A stretch of 64,000 bases of DNA, from NCBI GenBank assembly GCA_016187175.1, contig JACPKG010000002.1:12922-76921 (forward strand), in the 5' to 3' direction. This stretch comes from Candidatus Saccharimonadota bacterium. Lineage in GTDB: Bacteria > Patescibacteriota > Saccharimonadia > Saccharimonadales > UBA10212. Below, one piece after another: positions 15,505-23,708 of the stretch. The position numbers and the translations under genes are program-made. Each line of letters opens with the position of its first letter. Position 1 is the stretch's first letter. The notes under the pieces are model-generated. The model was not told the DNA's origin, did not search any database, and was given only the letters and a program-made list of their open reading frames with translations.

Positions 15505-16425
15505 ATGGATCGTAAACCAGTGCCGGAAAACCAATCACCAGCAACTAAGATAAACGTTAGCTCGGATGATTTTAGCCCCCGTCCTCTTGAAGATTTATTT
15601 CCCCAAGCCGATAAGTCTCCAGCTGCTGGCAAAACAACCAGCCAAACTGCTGATGAATCATTGATACCTGCACCCACTCAGAAACCCACGCCCCCGTCAC
15701 GCCGGCATATTTGGCTTTGGCCTTTATTCGTATTGGTTATTGGGGCTGGCGTTTACGCCGCGCTTGATAGTGGGTTGATAAATAACAATCTAAACTTACC
15801 GGTACATATTTTTGGTAAGTCCAGCTCAGCGGACACTTCATCCGCAACCCAACCGTCAGTTAGCCAGACAGTAGCACCGGCCGGCTTTAGCGCCACCAAG
15901 ATAGCCGAAACCAAGACTAAGCTGGCTTACCCTACGCAGTGGGGGACACCTACCGCTACAACCGATTTGGGGTTTACTAAACGCAGCCAGACCGCTAAGC
16001 CGGACGTGAATTACGCAATACTTATAAATTTCCCTAGTAACAAAGACGTACAGCTGGCTATAACTTCGGCCAAGTATTTACCGCCGGCCCGCAACGTCCA
16101 GTATTATGACTATCTGCAGTGGTGCGTGGGCAGCGTGGACGCTAAATACTATGCCGGTGTTTTACGCTACAGTACGACGGACGGTGTTGACATGCCCGGC
16201 ACAGTTTCTTGTGACCAAGGTCCGCTAAATAACGCCACCAGACTAAGCAACGATACAATTGTCCAAACTAATATTAAAAGCAGCGACGACAGCTTGCTGG
16301 GTGATATTTACACTAAAAACCTCCAAGATCAAACTTACCCAGTTGCTCGCGTCAAAGACGGCACTATGAAAAACCGTGACTTAATTACCACCATGCTGAC
16401 TACCATAGAGTCCTATACTGAATAA
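15505..16425 (+). CDS. membrane-anchored hypothetical protein (disordered N-terminus, one TM, extracytoplasmic domain)
   Basis: 306 aa. The TM segment is HIWLWPLFVLVIGAGVYAAL. Confidence 0.45.
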   Translation: MDRKPVPENQSPATKINVSSDDFSPRPLEDLFPQADKSPAAGKTTSQTADESLIPAPTQKPTPPSRRHIWLWPLFVLVIGAGVYAALDSGLINNNLNLPVHIFGKSSSADTSSATQPSVSQTVAPAGFSATKIAETKTKLAYPTQWGTPTATTDLGFTKRSQTAKPDVNYAILINFPSNKDVQLAITSAKYLPPARNVQYYDYLQWCVGSVDAKYYAGVLRYSTTDGVDMPGTVSCDQGPLNNATRLSNDTIVQTNIKSSDDSLLGDIYTKNLQDQTYPVARVKDGTMKNRDLITTMLTTIESYTE

Positions 16426-16544
16426 ACAAAGAACAATCAGCAGTGTCCTTAGGAACGAGTTAGGAACAAGTATAAATCGAAAATACTTACAAGGGTCTTT
16501 TTTGGCCTAGATTTAAAATCCTACCCGTTTGTTACAATTAAGAG

Positions 16545-18680
16545 GTGAATAAAGGTGTTGACTTCCTACTGAAAGACTTGAATCCAGAGCAGGCCAGGGC
16601 GGTACGGACCACTGAAGGCCCGGTTTTAATTCTAGCCGGTGCCGGCAGCGGCAAAACCAAGACCCTAACCCACCGGATTGCCTACTTGTTGGCAACTGGC
16701 AAAGCCACCCCCTTTGACATATTGGCCGTCACTTTTACTAACAAAGCTGCTGGCGAAATACGCGAACGGGTAGCCAAATTGCTGGGCAGCGATTCCCAGA
16801 ACCGCAGCTTTATGCCCTTTATGGGGACGTTTCACTCGATCTGTGTTCGGTTACTACGACGTGACGGCCAGGCTGTTGGTATACCCAGCAACTTCGTAAT
16901 CTGGGATGAGGGCGATCGGCTGGCGGCTATAAAACAAGTTGCCAAAAGTTTGGCTGTTGACGAAAAAAAATATCCAGCCCGCCTACTAGTGTCACTGATT
17001 AGCGGCGCTAAAAACGAGATGGTGGGGCCTGGTGAATTTGCCGAGACTGCTTCGTCGCCGACCGGCCGGGTGGCGGCCAAAGTTTTTAGAGCCTATGAAG
17101 ACCTGCTGGCCCAAAACGGAGCCCTGGATTTTGATGATTTGATTAGCCGGACGGTTAAATTGCTATCCAGCCAAAAACTGATTCGCGGCAAATGGCAAAC
17201 TCAGTTCCGCTACATCATGATTGATGAATACCAGGACACCAACACGGCCCAGTACCAATTAGTTAAGTTACTAACCGGACCGCAGCATAACATTGCGGTT
17301 TGCGGTGACGACTGGCAATCAATCTATATGTGGCGCGGTGCTGACTTTCGTAACATCCTTAACTTTGAGAACGATTTTAACAACTGCACACTCATCAAAC
17401 TGGAACAAAATTATCGCAGCACCAAAAATATCCTAGACGCGGCCCATAATGTCATCAGCCAAAACCGCCAAAGGAGTAACAAGAAACTATGGACCGCCGC
17501 GGCTGGCGGTTCACCAGTGCAGATTCTGCAAGTTGGCAGCGAACGATTCGAAGCCGAAGCTTTGGCCAGAAGGATTAGTGCGGCCGTTGATATAAAGCTC
17601 CGCCAATTTAAAGATTTCGCAGTTTTATACAGGACCAATGCCCAAAGCCGCCCTATAGAGGAAGTTTTTGTCCGTTTTGGCATCCCTTACCGCATTGTTG
17701 GCGGTGTGCGTTTTTACGACCGTAAAGAAATTAAAGACATCCTGGCCTATTTACGCCTGATTTATCAGCCGGATGACTCCATCAGCTTTGAGCGGATCGT
17801 GAACGTGCCGACTCGCGGACTAGGCGCAAAGTCATTGCTTAGTTTTCAGCAGTGGCGGGTCAAAAATAGATATTCCCAGCTCGAGGCACTAAACAAGATT
17901 CGGCAGAACGAGGCATTGACTCCCAAAGCCCGGGCTGGCTTCGCCAACCTGGCGGGTGTCATCACTGACTTCAATGCCCAGATGGACGAACTAGCACCCG
18001 CACATCTAATAGACAGCCTAATCCGCCGGTTGGACTACCTGCATTATCTACAGGACGGGACGCCACAGGGTGAAGCCAGAATAGAAAACGTTAAGGAGCT
18101 CTTAAGCGTTGCGGCCCAGTATCAAGACGGGGGGCTGGATGGTTTTTTGGAGGAAGTCTCCTTGCTTTCGGATATTGATCAAGCTGACTTAAACTCCGAT
18201 GCCGTGATACTAATGACGCTGCATTCAGCCAAAGGCCTAGAATTTCCAGTAGTCTTCATAACGGGTCTAGAAGAAAATGTCTTACCACATAGCCGGGCGC
18301 TTTATGAGGCGGCAGAGATGGAGGAAGAACGCAGACTAATGTATGTTGGCATGACCCGGGCCAAGGAAGAGCTGTTTTTAACCTACGCTACCTCGCGCAC
18401 ACTTTACGGCGGCCGCGGCTCAAACCTGCCCAGCCGCTTTTTGGCTGATATCGAAGCTGTCACGTCCACAGCTCCAGCTCTGGAGATGGCCCAACCCGGA
18501 GCGTTCGATAAATCCGAGCCCAGGTACGTGTTAGACCTATCCGAAGGTGATGGAGTTAAGCATAGGGTCTTTGGCACTGGCACAGTGCTGGAGCTGGAAG
18601 GGGAAACCGCAACTGTCTATTTCAAGGGACAAGGTACCAAACGGCTGAATATAGCCTTCGCTCCTTTAGAAAAGTTATAA
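16545..18680 (+). CDS. pcrA: ATP-dependent DNA helicase, UvrD/PcrA family
   Basis: 711 aa from a GTG start. It has Walker A AGAGSGKTKT, the DEYQDTN motif, VTLMTLHSAKGLEFPVVF and a C-terminal Tudor-like tail. Confidence 0.85.
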   Translation: MNKGVDFLLKDLNPEQARAVRTTEGPVLILAGAGSGKTKTLTHRIAYLLATGKATPFDILAVTFTNKAAGEIRERVAKLLGSDSQNRSFMPFMGTFHSICVRLLRRDGQAVGIPSNFVIWDEGDRLAAIKQVAKSLAVDEKKYPARLLVSLISGAKNEMVGPGEFAETASSPTGRVAAKVFRAYEDLLAQNGALDFDDLISRTVKLLSSQKLIRGKWQTQFRYIMIDEYQDTNTAQYQLVKLLTGPQHNIAVCGDDWQSIYMWRGADFRNILNFENDFNNCTLIKLEQNYRSTKNILDAAHNVISQNRQRSNKKLWTAAAGGSPVQILQVGSERFEAEALARRISAAVDIKLRQFKDFAVLYRTNAQSRPIEEVFVRFGIPYRIVGGVRFYDRKEIKDILAYLRLIYQPDDSISFERIVNVPTRGLGAKSLLSFQQWRVKNRYSQLEALNKIRQNEALTPKARAGFANLAGVITDFNAQMDELAPAHLIDSLIRRLDYLHYLQDGTPQGEARIENVKELLSVAAQYQDGGLDGFLEEVSLLSDIDQADLNSDAVILMTLHSAKGLEFPVVFITGLEENVLPHSRALYEAAEMEEERRLMYVGMTRAKEELFLTYATSRTLYGGRGSNLPSRFLADIEAVTSTAPALEMAQPGAFDKSEPRYVLDLSEGDGVKHRVFGTGTVLELEGETATVYFKGQGTKRLNIAFAPLEKL

Positions 18681-18744
18681 CCATTAAAAGGGGTCCGACT
18701 TTGTTTTATCCGAGCTCGGACCCTTTATAATTAGATGAAGTTTC

Positions 18745-19971
18745 ATGAAGTTACTGCGTCACAAAATCTCCAAACGCTATAAAGCCGCTCAAGCTAGTGG
18801 CAAGCGGCAGGTCAAGCAACGTCCATACATTATCCCGATTTTGGGTCTGGTGCTTGGTTTTATCATAGTCGCCGCGGCTCTGCTGGGCGGTAACGGCAAG
18901 ACACTGCGGCCTAGTGAAGCGCACGTGGTTTTTTTGTTTGATAAGGGTGATCGCCAAGTGATTGATACTAAGGCCAAAACCGTCGGCGACATGTTAGGCA
19001 AATTGCCCCTGCACTTGATTCCCGAAGACGTGGTTGAACCAAGCCTGGACACGCCAATCCCGGAAGATAATTTTAGGGTTAACATCTACCGCGCCCGGCC
19101 GGTGACGGTTGTTGATAGCGGCCGTAAAATTGTAACCCTGACAGCCCAAAAAAGCCCGCGGGTAGTGGCTCAAAACGCCGGTCTAGATCTTAATCCGGAA
19201 GACTTGGCAACTTTTGATCAAGGTCACCTGGAAGAGAACGTTATCGGCGAAAAGGTTGTGGTTGCCCGAGCCACACCGGTTAGTCTTAATCTCTACGGTG
19301 CCCAGTTGACCACTTACACCCAGGCAACCAATGTAGAGCAATTTTTGGCCGAAAAAAGGATCGAGTTAGAGCATGGAGAAACCGTCCAGCCGGCGAAGGA
19401 TACGCCGATTACTCCCAACCTGCCGGTTTTTGTGCTGCGCAAAGACGCCAAAATCGTCACTGCCGAAGAGCCAGTAGCCCCGCCCGAGCAGATTGTCAAC
19501 GATCCGTCTTTAAGCTTCGGCACAACAGTTGTTCGTCAACAAGGCGCCCCCGGTAAAAAGGTTTTAACCTACATTTTGCAAACCGATGCGGCCGGTAAAG
19601 AAATTTCCCGGCAGGTTTTGCAAGAAGTTATTTTGCAGGACCCGGTGCCGCAAATTACTGCCAGGGGGAGTACAGTGGCTATCGCCAGCGATAAAACCGG
19701 ACTCATGGCGGCAGCCGGCATCTCGCCCGGGGACTACGCCTATGCTAACTACATCGTCAGCCGCGAATCCAACTGGCGGGTTACCGCCCAAAACGCCTCC
19801 GGGGCGTACGGCCTATGCCAGGCCTTGCCGGGCAGCAAGATGGCCAGTGCCGGTGGAGACTGGCAGGCTAACCCGGTCACGCAGCTGCGCTGGTGTAATG
19901 GATATGCTCGCGAAAGATATGGTGGCTGGGGCGGCGCCTACAATTTTTGGTTGAATAATCGCTATTGGTAG
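18745..19971 (+). CDS. secreted G5/DUF348-type protein with a C-terminal lysozyme-like (Rpf/Apf-type transglycosylase-like) domain
   Basis: 408 aa with an N-terminal TM. The C-terminus reads ANYIVSRESNWRVTAQNASGAYGLCQALPGSKMA...RYGGWGGAYNFW. Confidence 0.5.
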   Translation: MKLLRHKISKRYKAAQASGKRQVKQRPYIIPILGLVLGFIIVAAALLGGNGKTLRPSEAHVVFLFDKGDRQVIDTKAKTVGDMLGKLPLHLIPEDVVEPSLDTPIPEDNFRVNIYRARPVTVVDSGRKIVTLTAQKSPRVVAQNAGLDLNPEDLATFDQGHLEENVIGEKVVVARATPVSLNLYGAQLTTYTQATNVEQFLAEKRIELEHGETVQPAKDTPITPNLPVFVLRKDAKIVTAEEPVAPPEQIVNDPSLSFGTTVVRQQGAPGKKVLTYILQTDAAGKEISRQVLQEVILQDPVPQITARGSTVAIASDKTGLMAAAGISPGDYAYANYIVSRESNWRVTAQNASGAYGLCQALPGSKMASAGGDWQANPVTQLRWCNGYARERYGGWGGAYNFWLNNRYW

Positions 19972-20786
19972 GTATGGAATTTACCAAGAAATCCTTAGGT
20001 CAGCACTGGTTGCATGACGAAACGGCCCTCAACCACATATGTGATAGGTCTAACCTATCACAAGATGATACGGTGCTGGAAATTGGGCCAGGCACAGGCA
20101 CACTAACGGCCAAACTACTGAAAAGGGGCGCCAAAGTTGTGGCTGTAGAGAAAGATGAAACTCTCGCCGCAAAGCTTCACAACCTACGGGTACGACCCGT
20201 AGATTCTACGGGTCGTACCCGTAGAAGACAACTATCAGTGGTGGAGGGGGATATTTTGCAATTTGATCTGACTCGGTTACCGGCAGACTATAAGGTCGTT
20301 GCTAATATTCCCTATTATCTGACCAGCAATTTGCTAAGGTACCTCTCCGAGTCTATAAACCCGCCTTCGCTAATGGTGTTGCTCCTCCAGAAGGAAGTTG
20401 CGCAAAGGATTGCCGTCCAGCCGGGTCAAATGAGCTTGCTATCTGTTAGCGTCCAACTTTATTACGAACCGGAGCTAGGCAGGATTATTCCGGCCAGACT
20501 TTTTACGCCGCCGCCAAAAGTCGACTCCCAAGTTGTGATTCTTCGTCGCCTCCCCGTTACAAGGATTATCCTTGTAGCAAACGAGGTGGATGGGTTTATG
20601 AAGGTGGTCAAGGCTGGCTTTTCACAGCGCCGAAAAAAACTGCGCAGCAGCTTGTCCGGCGGGCTTGGGATTACGAAGGAACAAGCCGACGACTTACTAA
20701 AAAAGGCCGGCATCAACCCCAACACCCGCGCCCAAGAACTCTCCCTTCAGGAATGGTACAAATTATGCAAAAAGCTCATCGGGTGA
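19965..20786 (+). CDS. rsmA: 16S rRNA (adenine1518/1519-N6)-dimethyltransferase, carrying three in-frame palindromic insertions
   Basis: 273 aa. LGQHWL, the SAM motif LEIGPGTGTLT and NIPYYLTS are KsgA signatures. Confidence 0.8.
   Translation: MVGMEFTKKSLGQHWLHDETALNHICDRSNLSQDDTVLEIGPGTGTLTAKLLKRGAKVVAVEKDETLAAKLHNLRVRPVDSTGRTRRRQLSVVEGDILQFDLTRLPADYKVVANIPYYLTSNLLRYLSESINPPSLMVLLLQKEVAQRIAVQPGQMSLLSVSVQLYYEPELGRIIPARLFTPPPKVDSQVVILRRLPVTRIILVANEVDGFMKVVKAGFSQRRKKLRSSLSGGLGITKEQADDLLKKAGINPNTRAQELSLQEWYKLCKKLIG
20040..20062. repeat. REP family-1 palindrome inserted in frame in rsmA (encodes ...CDRSNLSQ...)
   Basis: TGTGATAGGTCTAACCTATCACA is identical to the tnpA right-side copy. Confidence 0.8.
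20184..20224. repeat. tandem pair of 19-bp hairpins (CTACGGGTACGACCCGTAG and CTACGGGTCGTACCCGTAG) in frame in rsmA (encodes LRVRPVDSTGRTRRR)
   Basis: This is a third palindrome type, seen only here in the window. Confidence 0.6.
20556..20579. repeat. REP family-2 palindrome inserted in frame in rsmA (encodes VTRIILVAN)
   Basis: GTTACAAGGATTATCCTTGTAGCA has one arm mismatch. Confidence 0.7.
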
Positions 20787-20804
20787 CGCGGTAGGAGGGC
20801 ACAC

Positions 20805-20871
20805 CAACAGCCCGCAGGTGAGAGCTGACACCGAGGACTGTTTTGGAGGTTGCCTGGAGCGGCAGGACCCG
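20805..20871. repeat. dispersed ~67-bp element, family C, copy 1, directly downstream of rsmA
   Basis: It is about 85% identical to 59391-59462. Confidence 0.6.
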
Positions 20872-20911
20872 ATGGGCTTGAAAAATTCTGACTTCCCTAG
20901 TCTTCTTAAAA

Positions 20912-20931
20912 ATACTTGACTAGTCAAGTAT
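20912..20931. promoter_or_regulatory. perfect 20-bp palindrome ATACTTGACTAGTCAAGTAT overlapping a TTGACT -35-like hexamer upstream of marR; candidate MarR operator
   Basis: It is its own reverse complement. A second copy lies at 55794-55817. Confidence 0.45.
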
Positions 20932-20951
20932 CTGTGCCGTATGCTTACGGC

Positions 20952-21386
20952 ATGAAAACAATAAAAAAACGGGGGACTTACACCCCTCTCACTTCCCTGC
21001 ACCGCTTGGAGTTTATTTTACAACATAAATCAGATTCGCTACTGCGCGATTCTTTAGGGGTAGGTTTTGGCCAAGTGCAAATAATGCAAGCCCTGCACCG
21101 CTCGGTCCCACTCACCCAACGCGCTGTGGCCGTTAAGCTGCATCAAACAGAGGCCAATGTCAGCCGTCAGCTCCAGCTTCTTAAGAAAAAGGGACTAGTT
21201 AATATCACCCGTAATAAAAAAGATAAGCGTCTGCGCGAAACTTCTCTAACCGCTAAAGGTCAGCAAACATTTGCAAAAGCCGAGAAAATTCTATCTGCCC
21301 AGCACAAAGAACTGCTGAAAATGGTAGATGACCGCGACGTTAAAGCCCTAGACCGCGCCGTCTCCCACCTATTAAAAGCCCTTTAG
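20952..21386 (+). CDS. MarR-family transcriptional regulator
   Basis: 144 aa from MKTIKK. The winged-HTH region reads LTQRAVAVKLHQTEANVSRQLQLLKKKGLVNITRNKKDKRLRETSLTAKG. The ORF track's upstream TTG start lies inside the palindrome and is unlikely. Confidence 0.65.
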   Translation: MKTIKKRGTYTPLTSLHRLEFILQHKSDSLLRDSLGVGFGQVQIMQALHRSVPLTQRAVAVKLHQTEANVSRQLQLLKKKGLVNITRNKKDKRLRETSLTAKGQQTFAKAEKILSAQHKELLKMVDDRDVKALDRAVSHLLKAL

Positions 21387-21415
21387 TAAGTGAGCGAAAT
21401 AAACATAATCGGGTC

Positions 21416-21444
21416 TTGTCAAGTCCAGCCAAAACTGCTATAAT
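21416..21444 (+). promoter_or_regulatory. consensus sigma70 promoter TTGTCA-N17-TATAAT about 200 nt upstream of the tmRNA
   Basis: Both hexamers were read from the sequence. Confidence 0.5.
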
Positions 21445-21646
21445 GTAACTGTACCTTAAGGTTTGAGAAATCTCTCGCCGAAAATGCACAAGGCGAACAT
21501 AGTACAAGGAAGAAACGAGTAGCGGAGCAAGCTGTATTTGACATACAGTAAGCGAGCAGCTCGAGTTTCTGACGCAGCAATGTGCCGTAAGCGTTTTGGA
21601 ATGATGGATTCATTCTGTCATCCATAAAGGCGGTTGCGCGGTTTCG

Positions 21647-22062
21647 GGGGCTGATTTTAGCTCGACGGTGTTCTTTTACAAGCTAATTCGCAGGTCGGAG
21701 TGCACTGAACGTTATCCGGTGCAAACAAATTAAATGCAATAGCATTTTTATCTGGCGGTGCATTACTTGCATTCGCCAAAAAGCGATTCGTCAACCCTTT
21801 CCGGGGTTTGGCCTTCGCACCAGCTTACGTCTAAACTCGTAAGCCGCGCTTGGTTCGACATCAGATAGAACTATCGGCGTGTCATATCATCTGGTTGCTC
21901 GAGGCTTACTTTCCATAAGACTCGTTAAGATTTCGGAATAGGGAATGCGGCTTTTTGGCCGTTTATCGGTCGCGTTTCCAAAAAATTTCAAATGGCCTAA
22001 ACCTGTAGAAGACTAGCTAAGTACAACATCGGACCCGGTTGCAATCACCGGCAGCTCCACCA
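21647..22062 (+). ncRNA. ssrA: tmRNA (ssrA)
   Basis: The 5' end GGGGCTGATTTTAGCTCGACGG matches E. coli GGGGCUGAUUCUGGAUUCGACGG. The 3' end GGACCCGGTTGCAATCACCGGCAGCTCCACCA matches GGACGCGGGUUCAACUCCCGCCAGCUCCACCA. A GCA-initiated tag ORF region lies in the interior. Confidence 0.8.
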
Positions 22063-22239
22063 CAAAAACATCAACCCAAGTGTTGGTGTTTTTTTGATGT
22101 GGGATGATAATAAAGAAATAAAATATATAATAGAGCTATCGGCAAACTTGGCGAGGGCTATTATTAAAATCCTGGCAAAAAAGTTAAGAATCCATGAGAA
22201 AATCGGTCCATAACATAGTAAAAAATTTAGGCGGGTAAA

Positions 22240-22653
22240 ATGGGTAGGACTGGCATAATCGTAACTGGTATTATTGGGGCAGCCTTAGTAGTGGCGGCCA
22301 TCATAGCCTTTGGCCAGAAAGACGAAGAGGCTACTCCACCTCCGGCGGCCAACACCAGCAGCACAGCACTACAGTCGGAAACAGCAACAACTACTATCAC
22401 CTATAACGGCAGTTCATTTAGTCCCAATCAGGCGACTGTTAAAAAAGGCGACACTGTAGTTTTTAAAAATGACTCCTCGCAAGCTATTCAGATCCAATCT
22501 AACCCTCATCCGATTCACTCCGATATGCCAGAACTAAATATAGGCTTGATTGAGGCTGGCCAGAGCCAAAGTATTACTTTAAGTAGTATTGGTTCCTGGG
22601 GCTATCATAACCACTTAAACCCTACTCAAACCGCCACCATAATCATACGTTAG
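22240..22653 (+). CDS. small secreted cupredoxin-fold-like protein (no Cys ligand)
   Basis: 137 aa with an N-terminal TM/signal. KKGDTVVFKNDSSQAIQIQSNPHPIHSD...WGYHNHLNP resembles a cupredoxin-like domain. Confidence 0.4.
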   Translation: MGRTGIIVTGIIGAALVVAAIIAFGQKDEEATPPPAANTSSTALQSETATTTITYNGSSFSPNQATVKKGDTVVFKNDSSQAIQIQSNPHPIHSDMPELNIGLIEAGQSQSITLSSIGSWGYHNHLNPTQTATIIIR

Positions 22654-22805
22654 CTTAAAAAACTCTTGCATTATTCTTCCTCAGTAGGTATAAACTTACA
22701 CATGGTTTCTGCACGCGTCTTTACAGGTCTCATTATTCTCGTCTCACGAGATAATGCTGTAATCCGAGTAAGTTAGCCACAAGTAACAATCAAGCAAACA
22801 AGAAG

Positions 22806-22832
22806 AACCGGATTAAGCAGTCCGGTTTTTTT
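22806..22832 (+). terminator. rho-independent terminator AACCGGATTAAGCAGTCCGGTTTTTTT
   Basis: It has a 7-bp stem and a U-tract. Confidence 0.55.
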
Positions 22833-22980
22833 GTTGCCCCATCCCTCACCTTTTTCACTACGGGAGGTGAGGGACGGGGCAATGAACCTGCGGTGATGAA
22901 TCGCAGGCCAAGCTCCGGAAGAAACGGGGCCCGCCAACATGAGGCGGGTTGTACCACACAACTTGAGAAGGGAGGAGCAA

Positions 22981-23184
22981 ATGGGAAAAAGGATTCACCC
23001 GCTGGCTCTCGCGGCCGCAGAGTGCTTCCTTTGTGGCGACCAGCCACAGGGGCGGCGCTTCTACCGCAGGCTTGGCTCCTGCGTCTCGGCCCGAGAGCTC
23101 AAACGTCAGATGTCTGCGGCCAAGGCCGAGGTCCGCCTGCGGATCAAGCAGCAGGCGGCAATGGAGGCCGCAACCACGTCCTAA
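22981..23184 (+). CDS. small basic hypothetical protein (67 aa, contains CxxC-like CFLCGD)
   Basis: An ATG follows GGGAGGAGCAA. Its high GC is foreign-looking. Confidence 0.4.
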   Translation: MGKRIHPLALAAAECFLCGDQPQGRRFYRRLGSCVSARELKRQMSAAKAEVRLRIKQQAAMEAATTS

Positions 23185-23218
23185 GGAGTACAACTCTTTC
23201 TAGGAGTAGGAGGCAAGC

Positions 23219-23569
23219 ATGACAAATGAAGTTGCTGTTGACTTCGACAAGGAGCTCAGCGTTATCAGCGAAACAGACGGCCCCCGGGCTGTCGCCGCCC
23301 TGATGGTAGACTACTACCGTCAACATGGTAAGGTCTACAGCGAGGCGCTTCGGCGTCTCGCAGCGGCCGTCGACGAGCACGAGATCAAGGCACTGCTTCG
23401 TGACGTCGGCCTTCCCGATGCCATGATGGCGCACGCGCTGCTCCGGGCTCAGGAGGGCTCGGATGAGTATGCGCGCCGGATCATCGCGCGCGTCAGCCGC
23501 GCCTTCGGCGAGCAGTGTCTACGCCACCTAGATGATAAGTACGGCGTGACGGCGCAGCTCAACGGCTAG
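23219..23569 (+). CDS. hypothetical acidic helical protein (116 aa)
   Basis: An ATG follows GGAGTAGGAGGCAAGC. Its high GC is foreign-looking. Confidence 0.45.
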   Translation: MTNEVAVDFDKELSVISETDGPRAVAALMVDYYRQHGKVYSEALRRLAAAVDEHEIKALLRDVGLPDAMMAHALLRAQEGSDEYARRIIARVSRAFGEQCLRHLDDKYGVTAQLNG

Positions 23570-23708
23570 CTAGGCGCGGAGTCTTCTGGGGTGGCCCGCC
23601 GCAGGCGGGCCACCCTCGCCCCACGTGGGCTCCTCCCTTCTTTTCAACCTTTTAGCCCGTAAATTATTTCACTGACAGCTAAAATAGAGTAGTCTAGAGT
23701 TTAGCGTC

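Larger units (their letters stand above)
22836..23614. mobile_element. second high-G+C (~60-65%) insert, delimited by a 15-bp-arm hairpin (22836-22880) and a GC hairpin GGTGGCCCGCC-GCAG-GCGGGCCACC (23590-23614)
   Basis: The composition shifts relative to the flanks. Both inner ORFs have strong GGAGG-type SDs. Confidence 0.4.

Noticed and set aside
20916-20951. TTG start for the MarR gene at 20916
   Set aside because: It lies inside the perfect operator palindrome. The ATG at 20952 gives a normal-length MarR.
21450-21645. A protein-coding gene in the tmRNA leader (ORF 21419-21625 minus)
   Set aside because: It lies antisense to a promoter-proximal transcribed leader, with no RBS. It is more likely non-coding.
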